Shown here in pieces: positions 25,936-40,726 of a DNA stretch of 64,000 bases (the first letter of the stretch is position 1; the number at the start of each line of letters is the position of its first letter). The DNA comes from Octopus vulgaris. Its lineage: Eukaryota. The notes below the pieces were generated by a model. That model worked only from the letters and a program-made list of their open reading frames with translations. It was not told the origin of the DNA and made no database searches. A program made the translations under genes and the position numbers. The DNA lies in the NCBI GenBank assembly GCA_951406725.2, contig OX597842.1, forward strand, positions 9,362,001 to 9,426,000, read 5' to 3'.

Positions 25936-28900
25936 ATGTATGTGTGTGTGTGTTTGTGTGTCTGTGTTTGTCCCCCTAGCATTGTTTGACAACCGATGCT
26001 GGTGTGTTTACGCCCCCGTCACTTAGCGGTTCGGCAAAAGAAACCGATAGAATAAGTACTGGGCTTACAAAGAATAAGTCCTGCAGTCGATTTGCTCGAC
26101 TAAAGGCGGTGCTCCAGCATGGCCACAGTCAAATGACTGAAACAAGTAAAAGAGTAAAAGAGAGTAAGAGTATGTGATTAACAGCTGCCTAAATAATGTC
26201 ACTAAGGTACTGCTGGAATAACTGGGCCGGATGTGGGTGGTTTAAACGATAAAGGGTTAAAATAATGTTTTTGATTCGACGGTCATTCGGAATGCTCACA
26301 GCAGCCATATTCCTACCGCTCTATGTCATGCTAGTGAGACCCATTTTGGAGTACGGGATTCAAGCCTCTTCTTATCTCCTCATACAGCATCTCGAAAGTG
26401 TCCAGAAGCTGGCTACCCACATGGTTCTTGGTCTCAAGCATTTGCCTTATGAAGAAAGGCTGAAGACGCTCGACCTTTATTCTCTCGATAAACGACACCG
26501 CTGTGGTGATCTCATTCTCGCTCACAACATCATAAGAGGAAAGTGTAACCTCTTGAAAGAGCTGTTCTTCACTCCTGCTCCAGAGCGTCGGCTGTGGGGT
26601 CACTCCGAAAAGCTCTATCTGCGACGATTTCATCTCAATCGAAGGAGAGGGGCTTTCTCTGTCCGGGTTGTGGATCCGTGGAATAAGCTGCCGGACGAGA
26701 TAGTGAAGATGCCGACGACCGCTCGGTTCAAAGTCTCTCTTGACCAGAAATGGCCTGAACTCATTGCATGAACATCCTCCCAGTACATAACTCCATGTCC
26801 CCCTACATGGTCTTGCTTTTTGCTTTTTCAGCCAAATAAACTTATAATAGAACAAGGGAAGAACACAATCAACTGAACAAAATAACCCCTATTTTCATAT
26901 GCTATACGCTATACCATTATACCACCAAAAGTAACTAAAAGGCCCTAACTGGGGCCCCTGTATACTTACCCAAAACCTTTACTTCCAAGTTGTCTGCAGA
27001 TAATTCATAAACATGTGCCTGCTTGCCATTCCATACCACAAAGTTTCCCTGAAAGTAATTGGATAGAAAATGTTAAACCCCTAAACATGTTGACTCATAT
27101 ACAATGTTAAACACCAACATAGCATTAACCCCTACATAATACATTAACCTTTGCTCAGTACAATCCCTTAAACAATGCAGGTACCTTAAACATTAGCCCC
27201 TGTTATTGATATTAAACCTGTGCATTAACCCCTAAATAGTAGTTGCAGTACCACCACCAACAACAACTGTTCAAGAATTTGGACCTGGAGATCTCCATTT
27301 CCAGCGACTTTGAGGGCCACCTCCCAGTGGTGTCAGGCGTCAAAGAAGAGCCCTCAACTACAACAAGACGACCAATGTTTTTTTTTTCTCCAAGGTCTGG
27401 GGTCTCTCGCCCCTAAACCCTAGACCATCACCTAATCACCCTTACCCGTCTTGTTGCTTAATAACAACAACAACAGCACCAGTGGAGCCGCAATGGCCCA
27501 GTGGTTAGGGCAGCGGACTCTCAGACCGGACATTGTGAGTGTTTATTGAGCAAAAACAGTTAAAGCTCCACAAGGCTCCGGCAGGGGGTGAACCCCACTG
27601 TACTCTTTCACCACAACTTTCTCTCACTCTTTCTTCCTACTTCTGCCACAAAGCAGAGGAACCATGGTGTAACCCACTATGGTGTGGTAAAACTTTCAGA
27701 CCCTAGTCTAGATTGTGAATCCTCTGTACCCCAGGATGGTTCAGCTCTCCACCCGTTAAAATCCACCGTTTATGGAATGAGGATAACAACATAGCTTTCG
27801 CGCCCATGCAACCACCAGTATATCGCGTGTGGTGGGTGGATCTTCAAGTTGCCACACACATTCTTAGTAGCTTAGAGTAGGCTCAAATTAGAGATTATTC
27901 TTTGTGGCTAATGACAGAGTCCTGATTGGAAGAAGAAGAAGACAGCAGCAATAAGTGGAGGCACAATGGCCCAGGGGTTAGGGCAGCTGACTCGCGGTCG
28001 TAAGAACACAGTTTTGATTCCCAGACAGGGCATTGTGAGTGTTTATTGAGCAAAAACACCCAAGCTCCACGAGGTTCCGGCGGGGAGAGGTGGTGAACCC
28101 CGCTGTACTCTTTCACCACAATTTTCTCTCACTCTTTCTTCCTACTTCTGCCTCAAAGCAGAGGAACCATGGTGTAAGCCACTATAGTGCCACACGCACT
28201 CTTAGTAGCTTAGAGTAGGCTCGAATTAGAGATTATTCATTGTGGCTAATGACAGAGTCCTGATTGGAAGAAGAAGAAGAAGAAGAAGGAGGAGGAGGAG
28301 GAGGAGGAAGAAGAAGATAAGGAAGAGGAGGAGGAGGAGTAGGGAGGGAGGGAGGAGACAGCAGCAACAGCAACAACAACACCACCAACAAAGACATCAA
28401 CAACAGCAACAACAACTACAACACCAGCAGGTTGGCTTACCTTTGTCGTATAAACCCCCTTCACCTGGACATGGCACTCAAAAATCCTCTGTTGCCCAGC
28501 CTCGATAGCATCAATGGACAGTGTAGTGGGGCTGGTCTGAATCACGGCAATCTATAGAAGAAATAGAAGTGAGATATAGATGGTAGGCTACACAGGCACA
28601 CAGTGCATAGGGTCCTAGGGCCCTAGGTTCAATCCCAGATGTCGTCGTTACTTGCAACTATATCAATCGCACAAGGAAGGGTAAAAGATTTATTCCTTTC
28701 AGAATGAAAGTTGCTAAAGTGGTTATGTGGTCGTTAAATAGGTGGCGAGTTGGCAGAATCGTTAGCACGCCGGGCGAAATGCTTAGCGGTATTTCGTCTG
28801 TCGTTACGTTCTGAGTTCAAATTCCGCCGAGGTCGACTTTACCTTTCATCCTTTCGGGGTCGATAAATAAAGTACCAGTTTCGCACTGGGGTCGATGTAA

Positions 28901-29839
28901 TCGACTTACTCCCTTTGTCTGTCCTTGTTTGTCCCCTCTATGTTTAGCCCCTTGTGGGCAGTAAAGAAATATATGTGGTCGTTAAACATGCTTGATCTGG
29001 TAGCTAAATTTTCCCTCAAATCTCAAATTTCACTCCATTGTCTTATAAGATGTAGGACGTGTGTATGTGTCTATATACATATATATATATATATATACAT
29101 ACATATATTATACATATACATATATACAAATATATAAAGCAAGCTACTTACCACATAGCCACTCCTGCGCCTTATTCTTTTTTTTACCGTCACCTCAAAG
29201 CCAAGCACGAAGGCTGCTGAGTCAGAGCTAAGCTACATGCAGGGGGCCCAAGAAGGTATTAACGTTGCCAGATGGGCCAGTCGTGTGGAGTGTCAGAGGG
29301 GCAAAAATGCCTCTATAAAGTCTTTAACTGATGAACAAGGGTGTAAGATCTATGAACAGGAAAAGATGCAAAAGGCCTTTCACCAGCATTTCGCTGGCTT
29401 GTTTGGGCAGGGCGGCTCGCTTGAGTGTGGGGAGCCCTTAAAGTACGTGTGTAGATATGACCACCATAAAGACAGGAATTTGAGAGATTTCATTGCTATT
29501 TCTACAAGATGAGGCCACCATCTGGAGGCCTGCTCACCGGATCATCTACTCACCTGATGATTTAAATGATAACACATACTGCTTTCTCGTAGAATGAGGA
29601 CGGACCGCCAAGTGTTGACACACAGTAAGTTCTTTGACTGGCACCACTGAAACGGTAAAAACGTTATCCAGCATTAAGAGCAACAACAGTAGCAACAACA
29701 TAAAATGGTTTGTGTATTGTAAAGCAGTGTGATTCTTAAGACTACTTTTGGCCCTGGGTTGCTGGGCTGACAAAAGTCTTGTGAGAGGATTTAGCAGATG
29801 GAAACTGAAAGGAGCCAGTCATATATAAATATACATACC

Positions 29840-29927
<88 letters not shown>

Positions 29928-32900
29928 TGTGTCTGTGTTTGTCCCCCCAACATCGCTTGACAACCGATGCTGATATGTTTACATCCCTGTAACTTAGCGG
30001 TTTAGCAAAAGAGACCGATAGAATAAGTACTAGGCTCACAAAGAATAAGTCCTGGGGTTGATTTGCTCGACTAAAGGCGGTGCTCCAGCATGGCCACAGT
30101 CACATGACTGAAACAAGTAAAAGAGTAAAAAGTAACCCTGCAAAAGAGTGGTATCCCGTCCAGGAGGAGAATATATGCGCCACAGAAACCAGGAAACCAA
30201 CCCAATGAGTCTATATGAGGAAATTCGAAGACTGAGAGACAGTCTGCTTAATCCAGATAGGGCAATGTCCTCCAGTTTGACAAAAGAAATTTGCCCATGT
30301 GCTTACATTTATTAAAAATTTTGGATCTGGAATTATGTAAGGCCATGGTATTCTTGGATCTAAACAGAATATGAAATCTTTCCACTACAAAAGTCTACAT
30401 CTCTTTGATACATTTACATTCAACGTCAATAGCTCCATGATGCTCCATTTGATTGTGTGTGAGGTGTAGCCTTGCCTTCAGATCCCATATGTAGCTAGCT
30501 AACAGTGTATCTTTATTCTTATTCATGTGTAGTAATGTAGACTTGTGAGCTCAATTTTTATTTTATTTTTATCTTTTGATGGTGGGGACAATAGTAGTGG
30601 TGGTTATGGTGATGGCAGTAATGGTAGTGGTGGTGGTGTTGGTGATGAAGGTGGTGATAATGGTGGTAGTGGTGGTAGTGATGATAATGGTGATGGTGGT
30701 GGTGATAGTGATGGTGGTAGTGGTTGTAATGATGATGGTGGTAGTGGTGGTGGTGGTGGTGGTGATGGTAGTGCTGTCAGTGATGGTAGTGTTGATGGGG
30801 ATAATAGCTGTGATGGTTATGATGATGATGGTGGAGGTGGTGATAGTGGTAGCAATGATAGTGGTGATGGTGGTGGTGGTAGTAATTATGATGGTGATGG
30901 TGGTGGTGGTGATGGTTGTTGTAATGGTGGTGCTGATGGCGATAATAGCTGTGATGGTTATGGTGATGATGGTGGAGGTGGTGATGGTGGTGGTTATGGT
31001 TATGGTAGTGGTGGTGGTATGAAGATGCAAAAGTGTAGAGTCGCAACCTTACCGTGAGCATCCGAACGGGTGCCCCTACCACATTGGGACTGTGCAGTTT
31101 CCACTTCATCTCTCGAACCTTCTTGGTTGTTGACTTAGCCGAGGGGACATGGGACCACATGGCTACATTCCCCATCTGGGTCCCTCCAGCAAGCATGCCT
31201 GTAAAATAGAAAGCAAAAGAAGACTATTGAATTATTATCATCAGCAGCAGCATCACCATTATCATCATTGTCATCATCATCATCGCCATCACCATTATCA
31301 TTGTCATTATCATCACTAACATTACTGTCATCACCATCATCATTGTCATCATCACCATCATCATCATCAGCATCACCATTATTATCATCAGTCACTATCA
31401 TTATCATCATCATCGCCATCAACATTATTGTCATCATCATCACCATTGTCATCATAAGTCATTATCATCATCATCATCATCGTCATCACCATCACCATTA
31501 TCGTCATCATCATCATCAGCATCACCTTTATCATCATCATCGCCATCAACATTATCGTCATCATCATCATCACCATTGTCATCATAAGTTACTATCATCG
31601 TCATCATCATCACCATCACCATCACCATTATCGTCATCATCATCATCATTGTAACCATTGTCATCATCAGTCACTATCATTATCATCATCATCGTCATCA
31701 TCATCATTGTGGAGGTGTGTGACTTAGTGGTTAGGGTGTTGGACTGATGATCATAAGACCATGGTTTCGATTCCTAGACCAGGTGATGTATTGTGTTCTT
31801 GACCAAAACACTTCACTTCATGTTGCTCCAGTCCACTCAGCTGGCAAAAATGAGTAACACTGTGACAGACCAGGATCCAGTTCAGGTGGGAAATATATAC
31901 ACCACGGAAAAAAACAAAAAAATCCGGCCCTTATGAGTCAGTAAGACTTGAGAAGGTGACGTTACTTTACTATCGTCATCCTCGTGGAGGCGCGTGGCTT
32001 AGTGGTTAGGGTGTTGAAATCATGATAGCAAGGTTGTGGTTTCGATTCCCAGACTGGGCGATGCGTTGTGTTCTTGAGCAAAACACTTCATTTCATGTTG
32101 CTCCAGTCCACTCAACTGGCAAAAGTGAGTAAACCTGTGATGGACTGGCGTCCAGGTGGGGGAATTTCTACACCACTGAAACCGGGAAACCGGCCCTTAT
32201 GAGCCTGGCATGGCTCAAGAAGGAACATTTTTTTTTTATCATCATCATCATTTGTAGGAGGAGTAGGACTCTATTGAGTCCCAGTATATAACTGGTATGA
32301 TTAAAATAATGAGAAAGAAACAAGATACTCACCCCTCCTGGGGCAAAAATCCACACTCAGTATCTGTTCATTGGAAACATAACTCTGGTGATTCTCAAGT
32401 GACAGTTGATCATTCTCTTCTTTATCTAGATCAAACATCCTGGAAATAAAAGAAATTATGTTACATTTAATTACAAAAGACCTCTAGAATAATTTTACTT
32501 GACAGGGTGCATAACTGAGAAATCAGGGAGTCTCTCCCAGATGAGCTGTTATTTCTCTGCATTGAGAGGTAAAAGCTCTGGTGCTATGGACACGTGATTA
32601 GAATGTCAAAGGAAAGAATCACAACACAGATTCTTCAAGCCAAAACAACAGACAGAAGACCAAGGGGCAGGCCAAGACTGGCAGAAATGTTAGCAAGCCA
32701 GCCGAAATGCTTAGCAGTATTTCATCTGCCATTACATTCTAAGTTCAAATTCCTCTGAGGTTGACTTTTCCTTTCATCCTTTCGGGGTCGATTAAATTAA
32801 GTACCAGTTACACACTGGGGTTGATATAATCGACTTAATCCGTTTGTCTGTCTTTGTTTGTCCTCTCTGTGTTTAGCTCCTTGTGGGCAATAAAGAAATA

Positions 32901-33671
32901 AGAAACATTAGCACGCCGGGCGAAATGCTTAGCGGTATTTCGTCTGTCTTTACGTTCTGAGTTCAAATTCCTCCGAGGTCGACTTTGCCTTTCATCCTTT
33001 CGGGGTCAATTAAATAAGTACCAGTTATGCACTGAGGTCGACGTAATCGACTTAATCCATTTGTTCCTTCTATGTTTAGCCCCTTGTGGGCAATAAAGAA
33101 ATAAGACCGAAATAGTTAGATAATATTCATAATTACAATTAGTCATGCTTGGAAATCCAGTCAGAAAATATAAAGACGGTTGCTTCTGATAAAATCTTGT
33201 GAGGCATGCACCAGGAACATACATACATACTTACATATATCTATATATATATATAAATATACATATACATATATATACATATTATACATAGATACACTAC
33301 CGTCAGAAATTAATTAGCACCCTTGATTTGCTCTTCACTCAAGGTATGTGCTGTCACCTAGTGGCCATATCTCGAACTATTGCTTTGTTGCGAGTTCACT
33401 GTTGCGCAGAACGATGACGTAACTTTGTTTGCAGAGCAGTTTGAGAGTCTACAGCCTTATGATGTTGACATAGCAGTGCAACAACAACTTGGAGTGCGGA
33501 TGCAGACAAATCTTCCTTTGTTTAATAGATATAGGTAGTGCCTCGCAAGGACCGAAATCACACCGTACTAAGTTTTCTCATCGCGTAAGACGTTTTGAAC
33601 AGCTCATAGGTTAATTGATTTAACCTATTTAATGTAGAAATTTGAGAAGTGCTAATTAATTTCTGACGCAA

Positions 33672-33710
<39 letters not shown>

Positions 33711-36700
33711 CGTATCTTTAATTTTTTTCTATATGGTATGATTTAAGTATATCATTGTTGAATTGCTACATGGTGGTTCTTCTCAAATTTATACACACAC
33801 ATATATATATATACATATATACCAGGCATGTACCATCAGTAACTACTCAGGGCAGGCAGTTAGCAATGTTTATGTAGTAAAACAGACAAAAACATAAGCG
33901 AAACACAGGCGCGCGACTGAGTTGGAGGCAGATTTACTTCTGCTTTTATAGCATGTAAAGGAAATGTTGTTGTAGGAGTGTACGCAGCACATGCACTACA
34001 GCAGTACTATGTGTAGCTTAAATACTGAGATTGAAAGGCAGGGGCGAATTATGCCTGCCTAATCTATAAAAAGATAGAATATTTTGCATTTTATGCATAG
34101 TAATCACAGGAACCTTCATAGTTTTATTGAATTAGTTGCATATTGTCCCATAAAAGGAAAATGTTACTATCAACATATTTTATTCAAGGTAGACACTGTC
34201 TACCTTGCCTACCCACATGGCACGTCCCTGATACATACTTACATCACACGTACATATATACATACATACATACATACATACATACATACATTCATTCATC
34301 ATAAATACAAATATACATACATCATACATACATACTTTTGTACACCCTGTATATGAGATGCTTAGATAATATCCATAGTTTCACTTGGTCATACTAGGGA
34401 ATTCGGTTAGAAAATCTAATGACGGTTGCTTCTGACAGGACCCTTGATCCTTAGAAACATAGCAAATGGAGGAGACAGATGGATGGAGGGAACAACAATA
34501 AGAACAATAGCAACAACAGTCAAGAGGTAGCCCTACCTGTACTGTGCCTAAAGCTCTAGAATAAATGAAAGAGAGGAAAATTGGGGTGGGTACAGATTCT
34601 CACCTGATCACAGATTCACCTGATGCCATGGCTAGCATGCCTTTCCCTGCCCAGACAATGCAAGGGTTCTCAGATTTGCCGTTCAGCTTCACCTGAAATG
34701 AGATTGGAAAGAAAAATGCAACGCGCATTATTGGCAGTGTATGTGTGCATGTAGTGGTGGTGGTGGTGGTGGGGGGTGGAGGTTAATTACACAAATATAA
34801 GGTGGGCCAAAAGTTATAAGGTAGCGAGCTGGCAGAATCGTTAGCGCATCAAACAAAATGTTTAGCAACGTTTCATGCGTCTTTACATTCTGAATTCAAA
34901 TTATGCTGAGGTCGACTTTGCCTTTTACCCTTTCAGGGACGGGGGGGGGGGGGTCAATGAAATAAGTACCAGTTATACACTGGGATCAATGTAATCGACT
35001 GGCCACCCCTCCCCGAAAATTTCAGGCCTTATGCCTTTAGTAGAAAGGATTATTATTATTATTATTATTATTATTCAGTAGTTTTATTTTTATAGCATGT
35101 TTTCACTTCACTACCGAGCACAGCTCTGTGTGCCTTGGGTATGTGCTGTGGATTGCTGTGATGCCCTTCTGATTACTGCTCATGAAATTAACATACAAGT
35201 GGCTGAGTATTCCACAGATACATGTACCCTTAACATAGTTCTCAGAGAGATTCAGTGCATGACACAAATGTGACCAGGTCGGCTGTTTAAATTACAAGTA
35301 CAACTACTGTAAATCCTCAAGTATAGTCTGCCCTTGAGTATAATACGCAGGGAAGTTTTAGGGGGCTGTACCTCTGAAAGACCTAAACCTTGTGTATAAT
35401 ACACACCCCATCTCTAACTTGAGTCATGTGTAATTAAACCAGCAGCACCTAGTCAAACAAACACTTCCTCGCATGCGTAATGCAATAATGGTGATGTTCT
35501 TAACTGTTATATGGGAATGTAAATATGTTTGCAAATTATGTTTGTTATATGTTATTCTGTGTTTTGAATACTTTTATTTTAATAAATGTTGCTTACTGCA
35601 AGTTATGGATGATTCTTTTATGACTTCATTGCTTTCAGGTTTAGTTTAAGGTATTTTCGCACCTGGCATCACAAAATGCATTGGAATAAAAATTGCCAGA
35701 CAGCAAATAGAGACTTGGACATTGCTTAGAAAATATTTTTCATTTTTAACCTTGTATATAGTATGCACTAGGGATTTTGACCTTTAAATTTTGGGGAAAA
35801 AATGCAGATTATACTCAAGGATTTACGGTAATTTTTGCAAGCAGAGTGGACTGGAGCAACATGAAGTAAAGTGTCTCACTCAAGCATACAATGTGTCGCT
35901 GAGAATTGAACTCAAGACCTTATGACAATGAGCCGATTACCCCTAACCACTAAGCCACGCGCTTTCACACATGTGATATACAGGAGAGACAAAGGGTCAA
36001 CTCACCTTCATCAGCTCTTCGGCCTTTTGGGCTTGACTGTCCACCTTGTGTTGGCTCAACATTAAATTATGAGTGAGGGTCACCAAGATGTTCTGCTCAG
36101 TGTAATAGAACAGATTGAGGATTCGAGAACTGACAGAGAAAAGGGTGGTGCAGGTTCCGTTCTCAAGGATGTGGTAGACGCCACCTGTGAAGAGACAAAT
36201 ATTGGTAAAGGGTTTTAGTGGCTGTGGTTGTTGTTGGTGTTGTTGTTGTTGCTCCTGTTTCAGTAAACCTATGATCAAAGACGCTCCAGTTGTGACCATC
36301 CTGTCTTATATTCAGGCATAGTGTATCTAGGACTACATTATCTAATGTACAGTACAATAATTAGTGGTTGTCGTTGCTCTTGATTCAGTAAACCTATGAT
36401 CAAAGACGTTCCAGATGTGACCATCCTGTTTTTTATACAGGCATAGTGTATCTAGGACTACATTATCTAATGTACAGTACAATAATCAGTGGCTGTTGTT
36501 GCTCCTGTTTCAGTAAACCTATGATCAAAGACGTTCCAGATGTGACCATCCAGTCTTTTATTCAGGCATAGTGTATCTAGGACTACATTATCTAATGTAC
36601 AGTACAATAATTAGTGGCTGTCGTTGTTGTTGCTCTTGATTCAGTAAACCTATGATCAAAGATGCTCCAGTTGTGACCATCCCCTCTTTTACTCAAACAT

Positions 36701-38234
36701 AGTGTACCTAGGACAACATTATCTAATGTACAGTACAATAGTTAGCAGCTGTAGTTGTTGTTTAACCCCAGGTCAGTCCTGATCCAGCAGACTTATGATC
36801 AGTGATACTCCATCTGTGACCATCTCATTATTTATTCAGACATAGTGTATCTAGGATTACATTATCCAATGTACAATATCATGGTAAGTATTAATGGCGA
36901 TAGTTGTTGTTCAGTCCCAGTTCAGTTCTGGAGCATCTTTTTATCAAAGATGTTCCAGCTGTGACCACCACATCTATTATTCAAACATAGTGTATCTAGG
37001 ACTAAATTATTGAATGTATAGTATAGTACTTAGTTCTTAGTGGCTATAGTTGTTGTTTGTGGAGGTGCAATGGCCCAGTGGTTAGGGCAGCGGACTAACA
37101 GTCGGAGTATCGCGGTTTCGATTCCCAGACCGGGCGTTGTGTGTTTATTGAGCGAAAACACTTGAAAGCTCCACAATGCTCCGGCAGGGGGTGGTGGCGA
37201 CCCCTGTTGTACTCTTTTGCCCCAACTTTCTCTCACTCTTTTTTCCTGTTTCTTGAGTAACACTGCGATGGACTGGCGTCCCATCCAGCTGGAAGGGAAC
37301 ACATACGCCACAGAAACCAGGAAACCGGGCCATGAGCCTGGCTAGGCTTGAAAAGGGCGAAAAGAAAGAATAGTTGTTGTTTAGCCCCAGGTCGGTCCTG
37401 ATCCAGCAGACAGGCCTATGATCAAAGATATCCCAGCTGTGTCCATCCATCTCTTATTCAGACATAGTGTATCTAGGACTACATTATCTAATGTGCGGTA
37501 TAGCAGTTAGTATTAGTGGCTATAGTTGTTGTTTAGCCCCAGGTCAGTCTTGATCTAGCAGACCTGTGATCAAAGATGTTCAAACTCTGACCATCCTCTC
37601 TTATATTCAGGTATAGTGTATCTAGGACTACATTATCTAATGTACAGTATAGCAGTTAGTATAGTTGTTGTTTAGCCCCAGGTCAGACCTGATCCAAGCA
37701 GACAGGCCTATGATCAAAGATGTTCCAGCTGTGTCCATCCCATCTCTAATTCTGTCATAGTGTATCTAGGACTACATTATCTAATGTACGGTATAGCAGT
37801 TAGTATTAGTGGCTATAGTTATTGCTATTGTTTAGCCACAGGTCAGACCTGAGCCAGCAGGCAGGCCTATGATCAAAGATGTTCCAGCTGTGACCATCCC
37901 GTCTTTTATACAGACATAAATGTATCTAGAAAGGCTGCTACATACCTGTTGCTCCACCACAAAAGAAGTTGAATGATTCAGACATGCCAAAGATGGATGA
38001 ATACTTGGTGTCCGACTGTCTCCCTTTCAGATCAAACATGTCCAGAGCCTTCTGGTCCCCTTTTACAGCTGCTCGGACCAGGTTGCGAACCTCTCTAGTA
38101 CAAAGAAACAAAAGAAAGTACCCACATAAACCTCATCGTTGGTGGCTTTTTTATTGTTATTATTATTACTATTAGTATTATTATAAACAGAGGGGTTACC
38201 CTTGTGGCAAAATCAGAAACCATCATCATCATCA

Positions 38235-38265
<31 letters not shown>

Positions 38266-40689
38266 CAAGGTGGCAAGCTAGCAGAATCTTAAGCATGTTG
38301 GGCAGAATGCTTCGCAGCATTTCGTCCATCTTTACATTCTGAGTTCAAATTCCACCGAGGTCAACTTTGCCTTTTATCCTTTTGGGGTTGATAAATTAAG
38401 TACCAGTTGAGTACTGGGGTCGATGTGATCAACTGTCCCACATTCCCACAGGCCTTGTGCTTTACTGGAAATTCTTCCTCTTCTTCTTCTTCTTATTATT
38501 ATTATTATTATTATTGAATGAGAGAGCAGTGCATGCCATCAAAGTGATACTGGGGTAAAATATATGAAGCCCAGTATACCCATCATGACTACCCGTCTGA
38601 TAAGGGTACACCAGGCACATGCATCACAATGATATGTGCGCGACATGGTGATCTCATATCAAGATAAACAGCACATGACCTTGCAAGTGGGGCCCAGTTA
38701 GAATTTTCTTCTGTTTGAGTAGCCCATCTCGTTCAAAAGGTCCCTGAATAAGGGTTGTTTAAGGATGTTGAACAAAACACTCACATTTCCAAGGGTGAAT
38801 TATTCAAACCCCCAAAGAATCCCTCTCAACACATGGCTATGATGCTCCCCCACTACTTCTGCTCGTAATCATAGATACACATATCGTCAGCCCCTAAGGG
38901 ACATGGTCAACTGGTTAAGGTCAAACAACTGACAAGCAAATCTGTGGTGTTCAGTTAACTGAGGAAACATTGGTTAAGCTCCAATTATTAGAAAGGGAAG
39001 CATTTTAAGAATCCAAGTTATAACATAATATATGCCTCTCAGAGTGTATCATCATCATCACCGATGCATTGGACAGTTTGACAGGAGCTTGCAACAGACT
39101 TCTGTGTCTGTTTTAGCAGAGTTTTATGGCTGGATGCCCTTCCTAACACCAACCACCCAGCAGAGTGGACTGAATTAACGTCCATATCACTTTGAAAACA
39201 CCAGTTCTCCTCCGATCACCGAAGTTAAGTCGAGCCGAGTTAGTACATAGATGGGTGACCGCTTGGGAAACCTAGGTGCTGTAAATGAAGGCGGCGAAGC
39301 TAGCAGAAGCATTAGCACACTGGGTGAAATGCTTAGCGGTATTTCGTCTGACGTTACGTTCTGAGTTCAAATTCCACCGAGGTCGACTTTACCTTTCATT
39401 CTTTCAGGGTTGATAAATTAAGTACCAGTTACGCACTGGGGTCGATGTAATCGACTTAATCCCTTTGTCTGTCCTTATTTGTCTCCTCTATGTTTAGCCC
39501 CTTGTGGGCAATAAAGAAATAAGAGTGGACGGAGTACTTTTTACATGGCACCAGCACAAATGTTTGTGTCACCAGCACCAGTTTTGGCAAGGTTTTTACA
39601 GCTGGATGCCCTTCCAAATGCCAACCACTTTACAATATGGACTGGATGCTTTTTACATGGCACCAGCACAAACACAGTCAGTTTCAGCAAGGTTTTTACA
39701 GCTGGATGCCCTTCCAAATGCCAACCACTTCACAGAGTGGACTGGATGCTTTTTATGTGTCATCAACACTGAGAGGATCACCAAGTAACTTGCAAGACAA
39801 GTAATTTTGAGAGGGGTGGAGGGGGTATTGGAGGAGGTGATCTTGCGCCAGATGATGAAAGGTTATAGTGAGACAGAGAGACAGAAACAGGTGTTTTGAT
39901 GTAGAGGAGGCACAAGGTTACCTGGCCGGAGAGAGGGTGATCAAGAATGAGGATAAAAACAGGTAATAATTCAAATGGGGAAAAGAGAACTTCAAATTGA
40001 TGTTACACAGGTGACACATAAAAGGCACCCAGTGCACTCTGTGGAGTTGTTGGTGTTAGGAAGGGCATCCAGGTGAAGAAACCAAGCCAAAACAGACTGG
40101 AGCCTGGTGCAGTTCTCCAATTTTACCAGTTTCCAATCAAACCTGCATGAAAAATGGATGCTAAATGATGATGAGGATGAGAGTGAAAGACACCCAGTAC
40201 ACTTTATGGGGTGGTTGGCATTAGGAAGGGCATCCAGCTGTAGAAACCAGCCTGAATCAGACTGGATCCTGGTGCTGCCCTCCAGCTTAGCAGTTCCAAT
40301 CAAACCATCCAACCCATGCCAGCATGGAAAACGGATGTTAAATGATGACAAAGATGATGATAATGATGATGATGGAAAGAATGATGATGATGATGATGTG
40401 TGCAGGCGTGTGTGTGTGTCTGCGTGTTTACTGGTATCGATTCATTTGACTAAAATCTGTCAAGGCAGTGCCCCAGCATAGCCACTGTCCAATGACTGAA
40501 ACAAGTAAAAGAATAAAATAAATAGGAGTGGCTAAGTGGTAAGTAGGTTGCTTATGAACCACATGGTTCCGGGTTCAGTCCCACTGCGTGGCACCTTGGG
40601 AAAGTGTCTTCTACTATAGCCTCGGGTTGACCAAAGCCTTGTGAGTGGATTTGGTAGACGGAAACTGAAAGAAGCCCATAGTATATATG

Positions 40690-40726
<37 letters not shown>

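Noticed and set aside
39175-39286. Functional 5S rRNA gene
   Set aside because: Single copy with an internal deletion near box A, no T-run terminator, fused to a SINE.
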